Shown piece after piece: positions 1 to 10,667 of a stretch of 64,000 bases of DNA (position 1 is the first letter of the stretch; each line of letters begins with the position of its first letter). The translations under genes and the position numbers were made by a program. Below the pieces are notes generated by a model, which was not told the origin of the DNA, did not search any database, and worked only from the letters and a program-made list of their open reading frames with translations. Source of the stretch: Candidatus Latescibacterota bacterium (lineage in GTDB: Bacteria > Latescibacterota > UBA2968 > GCA-2709665); assembly GCA_965203805.1 (NCBI GenBank), contig OZ241917.1, positions 3,904,001 through 3,968,000 of the forward strand. The letters run 5' to 3'.

Positions 1-25
1 TGTAACCAAGGACAACATCGTCGAG

Positions 26-2086
26 ATGTCATTCTCGGCCTACAGATCGGTCCAAGAGTTGTTCGGTGGCGACGGAGATGGCGACTATGTATTTAGTTTC
101 GTACCCAAGACGTCTGAAGGCATGTCGATTTATTCTTCTCATTGGTCGAATTCTCAAGGACTACCCATGTATCCCCCCACACAAGAACGCTGGATTGTAG
201 TCGTTGAGAACCTAATTGATAGGTGGATTAGATTTCCCCCTTACCGCATGGTTTATTCGGAAAGTGATGATTTTTGGTTGTTGGATGGTATTAGGCGCTA
301 TTTTGGTTTGTATATATGTGAAAAGATCGGATTCTTAAATTCAAAACGTTATTTGACGATAGACTTTCAAGGCTTTATGGGAAGGGTCGCGGAATTCAAA
401 GCGGATCATATCTGGTTTCACAAGACCCAAAACGTGAACCCGGTCAGTGATGTGTCTGGTCTCTACGTCGATGATTCTTGGGGCCTCAAGACTACTCGAA
501 GGGCGGTAGCTCCATTCGTGGTTCGGTTTCTGGATGGGTTTATTCAAGAATACACAGATAAAACCCGCAGTCTTGGCGATGTATTGAAATATGAATATAA
601 AAAAAAGAGAAATCTAAATTTCATATTGGACATCAAAGAACATCTGGGAGAGCCGATCAGCAAGGAGATCGAATATTACTTGAACAACCTGCACGAGATC
701 CCAATGAAACTAAACATATCCCGCACCGTACCAAGTTTTCCGACAACTCATCTGCCCGATAAAAACAGTGAACACGCTGATACAATGAGGATAGTGATTA
801 CCGGAGACGTGCGTGGACACTTAGAACACTGCGGATGTAAGTCGAATCAGGATGGGGGTATCGCCCGCAGATCCAGCGTCATCGCTCAATATCGCGAAAA
901 ATACAAGAATCTCATTGTTTTGGACATTGGTAACATGTTCCCCCCCTCAAAGGGGGAGAATTTCCTGTCTGATCTAGATAAAGAAGAGTTGAAGGTCTTT
1001 CTGAGATCAATGAACGAAATGAAGTATGATTTCGCGGCTATATCCACCAGCGAGTTATTCTTTGGCTACGAATTTCTGAAAAGGAATATGCAGGTCGTAG
1101 ATTTCCCGTTCATATGCGCAAACGTACTCAGGAATGGCAATCCTATAGGACAGCCTTTCGTTTCGACCCGGACAGATGACTACCGTGTAGCATTCATAGG
1201 TATTTTTCAAGAGACTACGAATATATCTACGACGGGGAGCTATTTTTTTCAGGACCGAACTTCAGATTTGGAATTCCTGGATCCGGTTGTAGCGATTAGT
1301 CACTATCTGCCAATGCTGAGAAAAGACAATGACTTCGTATTCATAGTAGGTAATCTTGAGCCCGACCTTATTTTCGAGCGTCTTTTGCCGGTCGACGGAA
1401 TAGATGGCATTATCTCTCGGATTCGACCGAATTTCGATCTGTATGAGACCGAAAACGGACTCGTGCAGTCCAGTAATACAGTATCCGGTTTTCACGCTGG
1501 AAAGCCTGTTATTTTTGAATCCAACGGGCTCTATGGAATTGACTTATTCGAGATCATTTCGAATAGAGACCGGGAAATCGTCGCACTGCAGCGTAAAAGG
1601 ACCCGACTTCATGACGACATCCAAGAAGATACCGTAGTGCGGAGTATCATTGATGATCTATATAGCACGGTAATTGACGAAGATTTGCGCCCTTTATTGG
1701 ATTGGGATCAACGATTTGGACAGGATGAATATGTTGGCGTGCAGGCATGTGCGGCGTGTCATTCACGGCAATACACACAATGGAAGAACACGCGACATGC
1801 TACCGCCTTTAACACGCTCCTTGATGTGCGTAGGCAGTACCAACCCAAGTGCGTAATCTGCCATACGACAGGAATGGGATATGAAACGGGATATAAAATG
1901 GGTGAATTGAAACATCATCTTATCAATGTACAATGTGAAATGTGTCATGGTCCAGGGAATTTGCACGTTAGGAACCCCGGGTCAAAGATGATCCGGTCTC
2001 CAAAGATTAGGCTCTGCATTACGTGCCACGATAGTGAACATTCCGACTTTGATCCAGAGGAATACTATCCCAAAGTCGTTCATTAG
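26..2086 (+). CDS. UshA/5'-nucleotidase-like (CGC motif) domain fused to a C-terminal tetraheme cytochrome c554-like domain; probably truncated at the window's left edge
   Basis: TGDVRGHLEHCGC...GGIARR...LDIGNMF...YDFAAISTSEL...PFICANV follows the UshA metallophosphoesterase pattern. Four CxxCH motifs follow (CAACH, CVICH, CEMCH, CITCH). The frame is open back to position 2. Confidence 0.8.
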   Translation: MSFSAYRSVQELFGGDGDGDYVFSFVPKTSEGMSIYSSHWSNSQGLPMYPPTQERWIVVVENLIDRWIRFPPYRMVYSESDDFWLLDGIRRYFGLYICEKIGFLNSKRYLTIDFQGFMGRVAEFKADHIWFHKTQNVNPVSDVSGLYVDDSWGLKTTRRAVAPFVVRFLDGFIQEYTDKTRSLGDVLKYEYKKKRNLNFILDIKEHLGEPISKEIEYYLNNLHEIPMKLNISRTVPSFPTTHLPDKNSEHADTMRIVITGDVRGHLEHCGCKSNQDGGIARRSSVIAQYREKYKNLIVLDIGNMFPPSKGENFLSDLDKEELKVFLRSMNEMKYDFAAISTSELFFGYEFLKRNMQVVDFPFICANVLRNGNPIGQPFVSTRTDDYRVAFIGIFQETTNISTTGSYFFQDRTSDLEFLDPVVAISHYLPMLRKDNDFVFIVGNLEPDLIFERLLPVDGIDGIISRIRPNFDLYETENGLVQSSNTVSGFHAGKPVIFESNGLYGIDLFEIISNRDREIVALQRKRTRLHDDIQEDTVVRSIIDDLYSTVIDEDLRPLLDWDQRFGQDEYVGVQACAACHSRQYTQWKNTRHATAFNTLLDVRRQYQPKCVICHTTGMGYETGYKMGELKHHLINVQCEMCHGPGNLHVRNPGSKMIRSPKIRLCITCHDSEHSDFDPEEYYPKVVH

Positions 2087-2240
2087 ACTTATGTACGAAA
2101 CGCTTAGTTGGTTGACCGGATCGATCCTACTACGAGAGGCGAAAGTAGGGCACTTTACTTCTGGATACAGCAGGGACGATGACAAAGAGGTTGTACGCGT
2201 GGCGACACTAAAGTGAGAAATTCGAAAGGAGGTGAAAAAG

Positions 2241-2498
2241 ATGTCGAAAAAGTGCAGAATCCTGATCGTTTCAGCTGTGACTCCTGTTCTTGCGCTTTTA
2301 GCATCAATCTTGGTGCCAAGCAAAACGACAGTGGGACCGTACGCAGGATTCCTTGCTCCTGAAGCACATGCTGAAGCAACGTGTTACAGTAGATGCTATG
2401 GAACGGAATGTTCATACTGGCCGAGTGCCGAATATTGGTGCGAGGAACAAGGAAATGGATGCACCGAGTGGACTGATTCTGATAGTGGCTGCAGCTAG
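2241..2498 (+). CDS. Small exported Cys-rich peptide (85 aa)
   Basis: Near-perfect SD AAGGAGGTG at 2226-2234 before ATG 2241. Basic/hydrophobic N-terminus, AHA-EA processing-like motif, 39-aa C-terminus with 6 Cys. Confidence 0.7.
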   Translation: MSKKCRILIVSAVTPVLALLASILVPSKTTVGPYAGFLAPEAHAEATCYSRCYGTECSYWPSAEYWCEEQGNGCTEWTDSDSGCS

Positions 2499-2860
2499 TT
2501 TTCGTTTCCATTAGCTGCTCTAGCTATCAAATAAGTTTTTGGCTCGTCAAAGCACGGGAGTCACAAGGCATTTTGACCGGAAATCGAACTATAGGTCATT
2601 GTCAATTTATCCAACATTGTGGACCTTCCGTGCTTTTTTGCGCCGAGAGACTCCACCAGAGAAGTAAGTTCCTGCTGTATCGATTGACGCGCAGCCAGGC
2701 TCATTCTGTAACGGCATTGCGGTGAATCAAGAGGTTCGTGTTTTTTCGCTCCTTTACGTTTGTTCAAAAGGAATCTCCCAACAGCGCACCAGCAGCTTTA
2801 AACGGAATCTTTAGGGCTACTGATGCCGCTGCCCAGTCAACTAAACATACGCCTTGTCCT

Positions 2861-5362
2861 ATGGATCGAATTGTAATCATAGCCTTTTTCTTTGCCCAAT
2901 TCCTCTTCACGGGCTTTGACTCCGTTGCGATCGCTGGGAACTCACTTGATGCGACTATGATCGATTCCCTACATATCGAGGGTACGCGATTATTCAAGCA
3001 AGGCAAATTCGAATCAGCATTGGATATATTTCAGGAAGCGACCAGGATTGACGACGGGCATGCTCCTTCGTATGTAGGATTGGGCCATGTTTACTTGAAG
3101 CAGGATAGTCTATTGGCAGCGGAGCGGGCCTTTATGAAAGCCCGAAATGCAAACAACAAGTTTGCGCCAGCCCATAACGGGTTGGGTCTGGTTTACTGGA
3201 AGAAAAAGACGGGACGCCTGTGGGCGATTCAGTATTTCCGAACTGCTTACCAGCTTGACCGTAGGTACTCTGAGGCCTATTACAATGCGGCCGAGGTCTA
3301 CCGTGAGTTGGGCGATACGAAAGAGCTAGATACGTATGAGAGATTGGTGGACGCCTTTCCCGAACATCGGGACGCCTGGTTCAGGATTGGAGAGATACAT
3401 CGAACGGGTGGAGCCGGAAGGTATCCGAATTTGGCTGAAGCCGAGGCAGCCTATCGTCAACAACTCGCAGTGAATGCGAAACACGTGGCGGCGCGATCCA
3501 GTTTGGCCGACGTATTGGTCGTGCGAGGCAATATAGAGGAGGCATTAGCCTGGTTGGAGGGGCTTGAAGATACCTCGGGCGTGAAAATTCGCGAAGTTCT
3601 ATTACAACAGGCCAGGATCTATCAAGATCGCGGCGAGGCAGGAAGGGCTGAGGCGCGTTACGAGGAATACATCGAATCGTTGGATCCGGAGGAGCAACTT
3701 TGTTATTTCGATCTCAGCCTCGTGGCCGCCGGTGAGGTTCTGGACCGGTTCACCTCGGCGCCGAAGACGGAATGGGAGGAATTGTCGGACAAATTCTGGG
3801 CAGGACGGGACCCTGCGCCGGTGACCGCGGCGAACGAACGCCGTAACGAACATTTCCGCCGTGTAGCATTCTCTCGGGAGTCCTACGGCCAACACGCATT
3901 CCCATGGGATGTGCGAGGGGAAGTTTACGTCCGGTACGGGGAACCGGATCATGTCAGCAAGTCCGCCGATATCCAATTCGAGACAGCGCCCAGGGTCGTG
4001 GCTGTAAAGGAGCGCCTCGTTAATCAAGCCGGTGATGCAGTTTTTGCGTTAACGAAGAGCAGGAATGACGAGATGCTGGAATATATCGTCACGGAGACGA
4101 TAAGTTACGCTGACCAGGACCGGGAGATTCAAATAGGGCCGATGAGCTCCAGGCAAAGAGAGATAGAGGAAACCGGCAATAGCCGCACTTATACTGCTAT
4201 AGAAGACGACCCAATGGCGAAGATGCGAAAGAGTGGAATCAAGCGTGACAAATTCGGAAGCCTTCAGGTGGCGTCGTCCAGTATACTCGGATGGCCTGTA
4301 TACCCCGTACCGGGAAAGGTCTGGGAGTACTGGATCTACACCGACGTTGGGCAGGGAATTGAAATCACGTTTGTTCAGCCGTACCATCCCGGACCCTTCA
4401 CCTATGCGGATATGCCTCATGGTATTGGTGAGGGTGGCGGCAGCGTCTCTCGATCCTGGCGCGAGATGAATCCTGCGGTTGTGGTGAACAGGGCAATTGC
4501 GAAAGCTCCAGAGGTGTACAGACAGGATTTCGCAACCGCCCCACTGGATTTCTTCTATGATTTCGCCCGATTCAAGAGAAGCGACCGTACGGTCAACCTG
4601 GAGGTGTATTATGGCGTTCCAACACGTGACATCACCTACGTAACGGACAGGGACGGTCTATATACTGCACATTTGAAGCGAGGCGTTGCGTTGTACAATG
4701 CGGACGATCAGCAGATCTACAGGTCGGCGGAAGAAATGGAACTCTACGTGGAGGGGAGTTCCGAAACGTCGCGGAACGCTTTCGTCCCATTTATGGACCG
4801 AATATCGGTACGACCGGGCAATTACCGGATGGCGATCCAGATTCTGGATGTTTCATCCGGAAAGTCGCAGGTCTACAATCAGCGGGTAAGGCTGACGGCC
4901 TTCGGCAGCCGCTACTTGCGACTGAGCGATATACAACTGTCCGCGTCCATCCGATCAGCGGGTGATGGCAGGTTTAGAAAGGGTGATATCGACGTCGTGC
5001 CGAACCCGAGCCAGGCCTTCATTTCCGGACAACCAGTACATTTCTACTATGAGATGTACAATCTGAAGAAGGATGAATTCGGCGTGATACGTTATCGTGT
5101 TTCCTTTCAGGTCGAATCGATAGAGCAAAAGTCCATCGCCGTTCGAATTCTGGGAGGGATCGGCAAGTTGCTGGGCGGAAGGGAGGAGCGTGAGTCGATC
5201 ACAGTTGATTACGAGCATGTCGGACACCGGGCGGATGACCAGGGTTACCTGGAACTGGATATGACAAATAGCGATGCGGGGACGTACAGGCTGAATGTCA
5301 GTGTAACGGACGTAAACTCGCTGCAGAGCGCGGACGCGACCAAGTTATTCACAATAGACTAA
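2861..5362 (+). CDS. TPR + GWxTD-like domain protein (PWDVRG subfamily)
   Basis: Signal peptide from MDRIVIIAFFF, then TPR repeats. FWAGRDP...NERRNEHFRRV...PWDVRGEVYVRYGEPD core. C-terminal LSDIQL..VPNPS..YYEMYNL. The track ORF begins at 2738. Confidence 0.85.
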   Translation: MDRIVIIAFFFAQFLFTGFDSVAIAGNSLDATMIDSLHIEGTRLFKQGKFESALDIFQEATRIDDGHAPSYVGLGHVYLKQDSLLAAERAFMKARNANNKFAPAHNGLGLVYWKKKTGRLWAIQYFRTAYQLDRRYSEAYYNAAEVYRELGDTKELDTYERLVDAFPEHRDAWFRIGEIHRTGGAGRYPNLAEAEAAYRQQLAVNAKHVAARSSLADVLVVRGNIEEALAWLEGLEDTSGVKIREVLLQQARIYQDRGEAGRAEARYEEYIESLDPEEQLCYFDLSLVAAGEVLDRFTSAPKTEWEELSDKFWAGRDPAPVTAANERRNEHFRRVAFSRESYGQHAFPWDVRGEVYVRYGEPDHVSKSADIQFETAPRVVAVKERLVNQAGDAVFALTKSRNDEMLEYIVTETISYADQDREIQIGPMSSRQREIEETGNSRTYTAIEDDPMAKMRKSGIKRDKFGSLQVASSSILGWPVYPVPGKVWEYWIYTDVGQGIEITFVQPYHPGPFTYADMPHGIGEGGGSVSRSWREMNPAVVVNRAIAKAPEVYRQDFATAPLDFFYDFARFKRSDRTVNLEVYYGVPTRDITYVTDRDGLYTAHLKRGVALYNADDQQIYRSAEEMELYVEGSSETSRNAFVPFMDRISVRPGNYRMAIQILDVSSGKSQVYNQRVRLTAFGSRYLRLSDIQLSASIRSAGDGRFRKGDIDVVPNPSQAFISGQPVHFYYEMYNLKKDEFGVIRYRVSFQVESIEQKSIAVRILGGIGKLLGGREERESITVDYEHVGHRADDQGYLELDMTNSDAGTYRLNVSVTDVNSLQSADATKLFTID

Positions 5363-5734
5363 GGTGCTGAGAACTGGATTAGCTTTCTTTATGAAAAACG
5401 ATAGTTTCCTTGGTGGTTTCACCTTGACGCGTTTACTCCCACGGTCTAGTGCTTTACAACTGCGTACAGTGAATTTACTACGTCGTGTGGGTTTCCGCAA
5501 TCAACGCACTCCGAACTACCTCCTTCGTCAACGCCGTTCAGCCACGGTAACAGCAATCACGAATCAACATCATCGACCGCCACCTAAAGCGCTTATGACG
5601 TCAAGATTCTGACTCCGAGAATCGCACGTTCGGCAGATTTCGGTATCGTATGATTTACTTCCATCAACTCCCTTCCAAACCGTGAGGTACTTAAGTCGCA
5701 GTATCGTATCGATTATGTGCAGGAGTGTCGAAAC

Positions 5735-6763
5735 ATGCATTCGTTAGGAATTGCCTGTGTAGGTGCGGGAAATTGGGGTAGGAATCTGGTGCGTCACTTT
5801 GATGCCCTGAGCGCCTCCCGGTTAATAGTATGTTGTGACCTGAACGAGGATGTACTGAAGGACCTCTCGGCGCAATACGTTGATGTGACATTAACTCGTG
5901 ACTACCAAAGAGTTCTCCATGATCCGAGTATTGACGCCATAGTACTCGCATCTCCAGTCGAAATGCACTTTCCAATGGCCAAACAGGCATTGGAGGTGGG
6001 CAAACACGTCTTTGTGGAGAAGCCGCTTGCGCTCGAAGTGCAAGAAGCAGAAGCCTTATGTCTGATGGCAGAGGAGAAGGGCCTGATCTTGATGGTTGGG
6101 CACCTCCTTGAGTACCATCCTGCGATCCAAGAACTGAAGAATCTGGTCGATCTTGGCGCTCTCGGTGATATTCATTACATATACACCCAGCGAGTGAATT
6201 TTGGCATTATCCGAAAAAACGAAACCGCGCTTTGGAGCCTGGGACCTCACGATGTATCGATGGTGTGCCACCTGCTCAATGGACAACCGCAAACCGTGAA
6301 TGCCCGCGGGATGTCGTGTGTCCAGGACGGCATTGAGGATGTTGTGTTTGCCAATCTGAATTTCGACGATCAAGTCATGGCGCAGATTCACGTTAGCTGG
6401 CTGGATCCACATAAAATCCGGCGACTGACCATTGTCGGCAGTCAGCGGATGGCTGTGTTCGATGACATGGAGCCAGTTGAAAAAATCAGATTATATGAAA
6501 ACTACGCAAACCATGCCGACATTCCAGGGTGGGAACGAAGGGCGCGTTTGCATCACGGCCCTGTCGAGGTACCTGAATTCGACCGTAGCGAACCCCTCAA
6601 GCTGGAATGCGAACATTTCCTGGATTGCATTCGGTTTGGTCGGAGGCCGATCAGCGACGGCAACGACGGATTGCGCGTGGTGCGGGTGCTCGATGCCGCA
6701 CAGCGTTCGCTGGAAAGCGCGGGAATTCCAATCCGAATCAAGACGGCGCAACCAGACGCGTGA
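5735..6763 (+). CDS. Gfo/Idh/MocA family oxidoreductase (NDP-sugar dehydrogenase type)
   Basis: GAGNWG Rossmann motif, GKHVFVEKP, LGPHD, VSWLDPHKIR; SD AGGAG at 5721. Confidence 0.9.
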   Translation: MHSLGIACVGAGNWGRNLVRHFDALSASRLIVCCDLNEDVLKDLSAQYVDVTLTRDYQRVLHDPSIDAIVLASPVEMHFPMAKQALEVGKHVFVEKPLALEVQEAEALCLMAEEKGLILMVGHLLEYHPAIQELKNLVDLGALGDIHYIYTQRVNFGIIRKNETALWSLGPHDVSMVCHLLNGQPQTVNARGMSCVQDGIEDVVFANLNFDDQVMAQIHVSWLDPHKIRRLTIVGSQRMAVFDDMEPVEKIRLYENYANHADIPGWERRARLHHGPVEVPEFDRSEPLKLECEHFLDCIRFGRRPISDGNDGLRVVRVLDAAQRSLESAGIPIRIKTAQPDA

Positions 6764-6782
6764 ATAGTGCCCGAGGAATCAA

Positions 6783-7595
6783 ATGCCAGTTGGCGTGAAA
6801 AACTCGGATTTTGCGTTTCAAATCAGACGAATTGTGCTTGAGCAGTCGATGCGAGCGCGGGTTGGGCATATTGGATCGGCGCTTTCTATAGCTGACGTGA
6901 TTGCGGCGTTATATGCCGATGTACTTCGCATTCCCGATCCGGACGATTGGGATCGCGACCGTTTTGTCCTTTGCAAGGGCCACGCGGCCCTTGCTCTCTA
7001 TGCGGCGCTGTATCTGAAGGGATGGATCACAGACAGCGAGTTGAATACCTATTGTGGTGAAGGTAGTTTGCTGGGCGTGCATCCGGAACACTCGCTTCGG
7101 GGTATTGACTACTGCACCGGCTCGTTAGGGCACGGGCTCTCAATGGCGGTTGGGGCGGCGCTTGCTTCCAAGATGCAGGGGTCCGGCCGTCGGGTATTTG
7201 CCCTTTTAAGCGACGCGGAATGCAATGAAGGCGCGTTGTGGGAGGCTGCCATGTTCGCGGCTCACCATAGGCTCAAAAATCTCGTCGCAATTGTGGATCT
7301 GAACGGTCAACAGGCACTTGGCTATACCCGGGATGTGATGGATCTCGCGCCGATGGGCGAACGTTGGCGGTCATTTGGATGGGATGTGCATCAAGTCGAT
7401 GGACATAAACCGGCGGAAGTCACAGCCACAATCGAAGGATTAGATCCCGCTTCGGGACGCCCTCATGTGCTGATTGCGAATACAGTGTTCGGAAGAGGGG
7501 TGTCGTTTATGGAGAGCCGCATTGAATGGCATTATCTGCCAATGTCGGATGCCGAATACAGTCGGGCGATGATTGAGATTGGTGCACCAACATGA
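6783..7595 (+). CDS. Transketolase-like, N-terminal (TPP-binding) subunit
   Basis: GHIGSALS, DRFVLCKGHA, TGSLGHGL, SDAECNEG...N TPP motif. Confidence 0.9.
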   Translation: MPVGVKNSDFAFQIRRIVLEQSMRARVGHIGSALSIADVIAALYADVLRIPDPDDWDRDRFVLCKGHAALALYAALYLKGWITDSELNTYCGEGSLLGVHPEHSLRGIDYCTGSLGHGLSMAVGAALASKMQGSGRRVFALLSDAECNEGALWEAAMFAAHHRLKNLVAIVDLNGQQALGYTRDVMDLAPMGERWRSFGWDVHQVDGHKPAEVTATIEGLDPASGRPHVLIANTVFGRGVSFMESRIEWHYLPMSDAEYSRAMIEIGAPT

Positions 7596-8572
7596 GATCT
7601 GAATTTGTGAATACTCTAGTAGAGTTGGCTGAGTTCGACAAGCGAATTCTTTTGCTTACCGGCGACCTTGGATTCAGGGCCGTGGAACCATTCTCCGACA
7701 GGTTTGCGGACAGATTTATCAACGTCGGTGTGGCTGAACAGAATATGGTAGGGATGGCGACCGGACTGGCTGAGGCTGGCTTCGTGCCATTTGTGTATTC
7801 AATTGCCACGTTTGCATCGCTCCGGCCTTACGAGTTCATTCGAAACGGTCCCGTTCTGCACCACTCGAAAGTCCGCATCGTAGGTGTGGGTGGAGGATTT
7901 GAGTACGGCTCTGCGGGGATTACTCACCACGGATTGGAGGACGTTGGTGTGATGCGTGTGCAGCCCGGTTTGGCAGTGATTGTCCCAGCAGATTCACAAC
8001 AGACGGCAGCAGCCCTCCGGGCATCCTGGGATCGTCCGGGACCGATCTATTACAGAATAGGCAAGGACAATGACATGATCGTTCCTGGACTGAACGGTCG
8101 GTTTGAGTTGGGCAAGGCGGAGGTCGTTCGAGAGGGATCTGATTTGTTGTTGATTGCAATGGGAAGCCTGGCCAGTGAAGCGGTGGATGCGGCTGCCGAG
8201 TTATCCGTCGACGGAATCGATTGTACGGTTGCTGTGGTCGCCAGCTTGAATCCGCCGCCCACGGCGGATCTACAAGCGCTGATTTCTGAATTTTCAATCG
8301 TGGTCACGGCTGAAGGTCACTACGTTACCAGTGGTGTGGGTTCGCTGGTCTGCGAGACGGTCGCGGAACATGGCTTGTCCTGCCGGGTGGTGAGGGTTGG
8401 GGTTCGGAACCCGAGCAACGGGGTGACCGGCAGCCGGGATTATCTCCGACGAATCCACGGCTTGAACTGTTCCTCGCTGGCGCACATTATGCGCCGGGAG
8501 GCACAGCAAGGTGTGAAGTCTCCCGGCATTCCGTGTACCACTCATGGATTGCGCGTAAGCAACATTGCATGA
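7592..8572 (+). CDS. Transketolase-like, C-terminal (pyrimidine-binding) subunit
   Basis: RFINVGVAEQNMVG, RPYEFIR, GITHH..ED; ATGA overlap with the upstream subunit. Confidence 0.9.
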   Translation: MRSEFVNTLVELAEFDKRILLLTGDLGFRAVEPFSDRFADRFINVGVAEQNMVGMATGLAEAGFVPFVYSIATFASLRPYEFIRNGPVLHHSKVRIVGVGGGFEYGSAGITHHGLEDVGVMRVQPGLAVIVPADSQQTAAALRASWDRPGPIYYRIGKDNDMIVPGLNGRFELGKAEVVREGSDLLLIAMGSLASEAVDAAAELSVDGIDCTVAVVASLNPPPTADLQALISEFSIVVTAEGHYVTSGVGSLVCETVAEHGLSCRVVRVGVRNPSNGVTGSRDYLRRIHGLNCSSLAHIMRREAQQGVKSPGIPCTTHGLRVSNIA

Positions 8573-9261
8573 GCGAAACCCCTCAGGTATCAATTGTTCT
8601 GCCGGTATATAACCAGGCTGGCCATGTCGAGCATGTGGTAAGGGCATATGACAATGCTTTGAGTCGTATTCAAATCCGATACGAGTTGATCCTGGTAGTC
8701 AACGGCGCCGCGGACGATTCTTTGGCGGTCTGTCAGAAGATTGAAGCTGGTTGTAGTGCCGTTAAAACGGTATTCAGCCAGCGGGTTGGTTGGGGTGAGG
8801 CCGTACGAACTGGTATCAAGGTTGGCAGTGGATCGCTGATGTGTTTCGCGAACTCTGCGCGTACGGGTCCGGAAGATCTCGTACTGATGATTCTGTATGC
8901 GATTGCCAACCCAGGTAGGGTTATTAAGGCGAACCGCAGAAAGCGTGGCTCGCTTATTCGCAGAATGGGTTCGTTGTTCTACAATCTTGAGTGTCGTTTC
9001 TTGTTTGATATGCCGTATTGGGATATCAATGGCACGCCAAAGGTCTTTCCGTGTGAATTTGACAAGTTGCTTGGCATGCAACGCCCCGATGATCTGCTGG
9101 ACCTGGAGTTCAACCTTATTTGTCGATCAGAGGGTTATCCCATGCTCGAGGTGCCGATTTTTTCCACTCGGCGGTTCGGTGGCCGGTCGACGACTACGTT
9201 TTGGTCTGCGGTACGATTGTATGTGGGCGCATACAAGATCTGGCGAAAAAGATGCAGGTGA
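8569..9261 (+). CDS. Glycosyltransferase family 2 (DPM1-like)
   Basis: VSIVLPVYNQ, ELILVVNG..DDS, GWGEAVRTG, EVPI. Start chosen at the ATGA overlap. The usual DxD reads NSA, so it is atypical. Confidence 0.8.
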   Translation: MSETPQVSIVLPVYNQAGHVEHVVRAYDNALSRIQIRYELILVVNGAADDSLAVCQKIEAGCSAVKTVFSQRVGWGEAVRTGIKVGSGSLMCFANSARTGPEDLVLMILYAIANPGRVIKANRRKRGSLIRRMGSLFYNLECRFLFDMPYWDINGTPKVFPCEFDKLLGMQRPDDLLDLEFNLICRSEGYPMLEVPIFSTRRFGGRSTTTFWSAVRLYVGAYKIWRKRCR

Positions 9262-10454
9262 AGAATACAGAGACAGGCGATCGTGAGCCGACGCCTTTGG
9301 AGGCATCGTGGACGACACACTCCGAAAAGTGGCGTGACCCATCTCAAATAATCAGTCACTGGCGCGCACCCGATCGAATGAATCCAGTGCTGTTCAAATA
9401 CAAAGTAGAAGGCAAATGGTGGGACCTGCTGGACCAGGAAGGGATTACTCTACTGGTGAGTCGTGAGTATGAGCACCTGTTGATGGCAATGTGTGCGGAC
9501 GGCAAGGGTCCCCAGGTCTCGTATATGCCTCTTCCCCATCCATCCGGTTTGACTACAAACAGGGCTACGGGATCCGTATACGTTGCCAGTACCCGCAACC
9601 CCAATCAGGTTTACAACCTGGTGCCAGCGAAGGGAATCGTGCCACGGTCAGACCGCAAATGCGAGACGGCTGAAGGCGGGTTACTCTTTCCCAAGATTTC
9701 ACGATTTTACCCTGGATGCCTGTATATACATGATCTGGCTTTAATGGGCAATGTCCTGTATGCGAACGCAGTAGGTCAGAACGCGGTCGTACGTCTCAAT
9801 CCTGACGGATCATATGAACATGCCTGGTGGCCGAAATGTTTAGAGACGCCCGTTGGACGAGCATTCGATCAAAACTATCTGCAGTTGAATTCAATTGCGT
9901 CTGGCGGAAGCCTGGAGACGTCGTTTTTTACTGCGTCAACGGATAAGATCTCGGCTCGGCGCCCCGGTCATAGGAACTTCCCGGTAGACGGGCGAGGGGT
10001 CCTCTTTTCGGGCGCAACCAGAGAACCCTTTGTACGTGGCCTTACGCGACCTCATTCAGCCCGGATACTTGACGGATCAATCTGGTTGGGCAACAGCGGA
10101 TATGGTGAGGTCGGCTTCGTTGACGGCGACCTGTTTATGCCGATCGTGCGGCTTCCGGGATGGACAAGAGGGCTCTGTTTCTGTGGTCGGATCGCATTTG
10201 TCGGCGTATCTCGGGTGATACCGCAATATCGTCAGTATGCCCCGGGGTTGGATTCGACGAAAAGTCTGTGTGGATTGCGAGCCATCGATACGAAAACTGG
10301 CGAGGTCTTAGGCGGTTTGACTTGGCCCTCTGGTAATCAGGTTTTCTCGATTGATTGGGTACCTCGCAGTGTTTCAAGAGGATTTGTACTTTCAACGAAT
10401 GGAAGACGTGCAAGAGCCCGGGAAGAGTTGCTCTACTATAGATTCAAAATCTGA
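9252..10454 (+). CDS. TIGR03032/DUF4915-like beta-propeller protein
   Basis: IHDLAL, WWPK, LQLNSIA, GLTRPHSAR, NSGYGEVG, LPGWTRGLCF.G..AFVGVS, G.L..ID.KTG motifs. The start is uncertain (ORF open from 9120). Confidence 0.75.
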   Translation: MQVKNTETGDREPTPLEASWTTHSEKWRDPSQIISHWRAPDRMNPVLFKYKVEGKWWDLLDQEGITLLVSREYEHLLMAMCADGKGPQVSYMPLPHPSGLTTNRATGSVYVASTRNPNQVYNLVPAKGIVPRSDRKCETAEGGLLFPKISRFYPGCLYIHDLALMGNVLYANAVGQNAVVRLNPDGSYEHAWWPKCLETPVGRAFDQNYLQLNSIASGGSLETSFFTASTDKISARRPGHRNFPVDGRGVLFSGATREPFVRGLTRPHSARILDGSIWLGNSGYGEVGFVDGDLFMPIVRLPGWTRGLCFCGRIAFVGVSRVIPQYRQYAPGLDSTKSLCGLRAIDTKTGEVLGGLTWPSGNQVFSIDWVPRSVSRGFVLSTNGRRARAREELLYYRFKI

Positions 10455-10667
10455 TTCCATTGTGTGAATCTTCAGTCACAACGTGACAGTTTAGAACTGC
10501 CTGGTCCGGGTCCCTGTTTGCTTGTCTCAGAGTGGTTGATGGCGTTGGAGCTGGTGAACGGACCGCATATCTAACGAAGAGGCAGGATGAGGATCAATTC
10601 GATCCATGTTCGGCAGCTTCGAAGCCCAGGAGCGGAACATCGGTGACTTTCAGTTTCGACTAATGCC

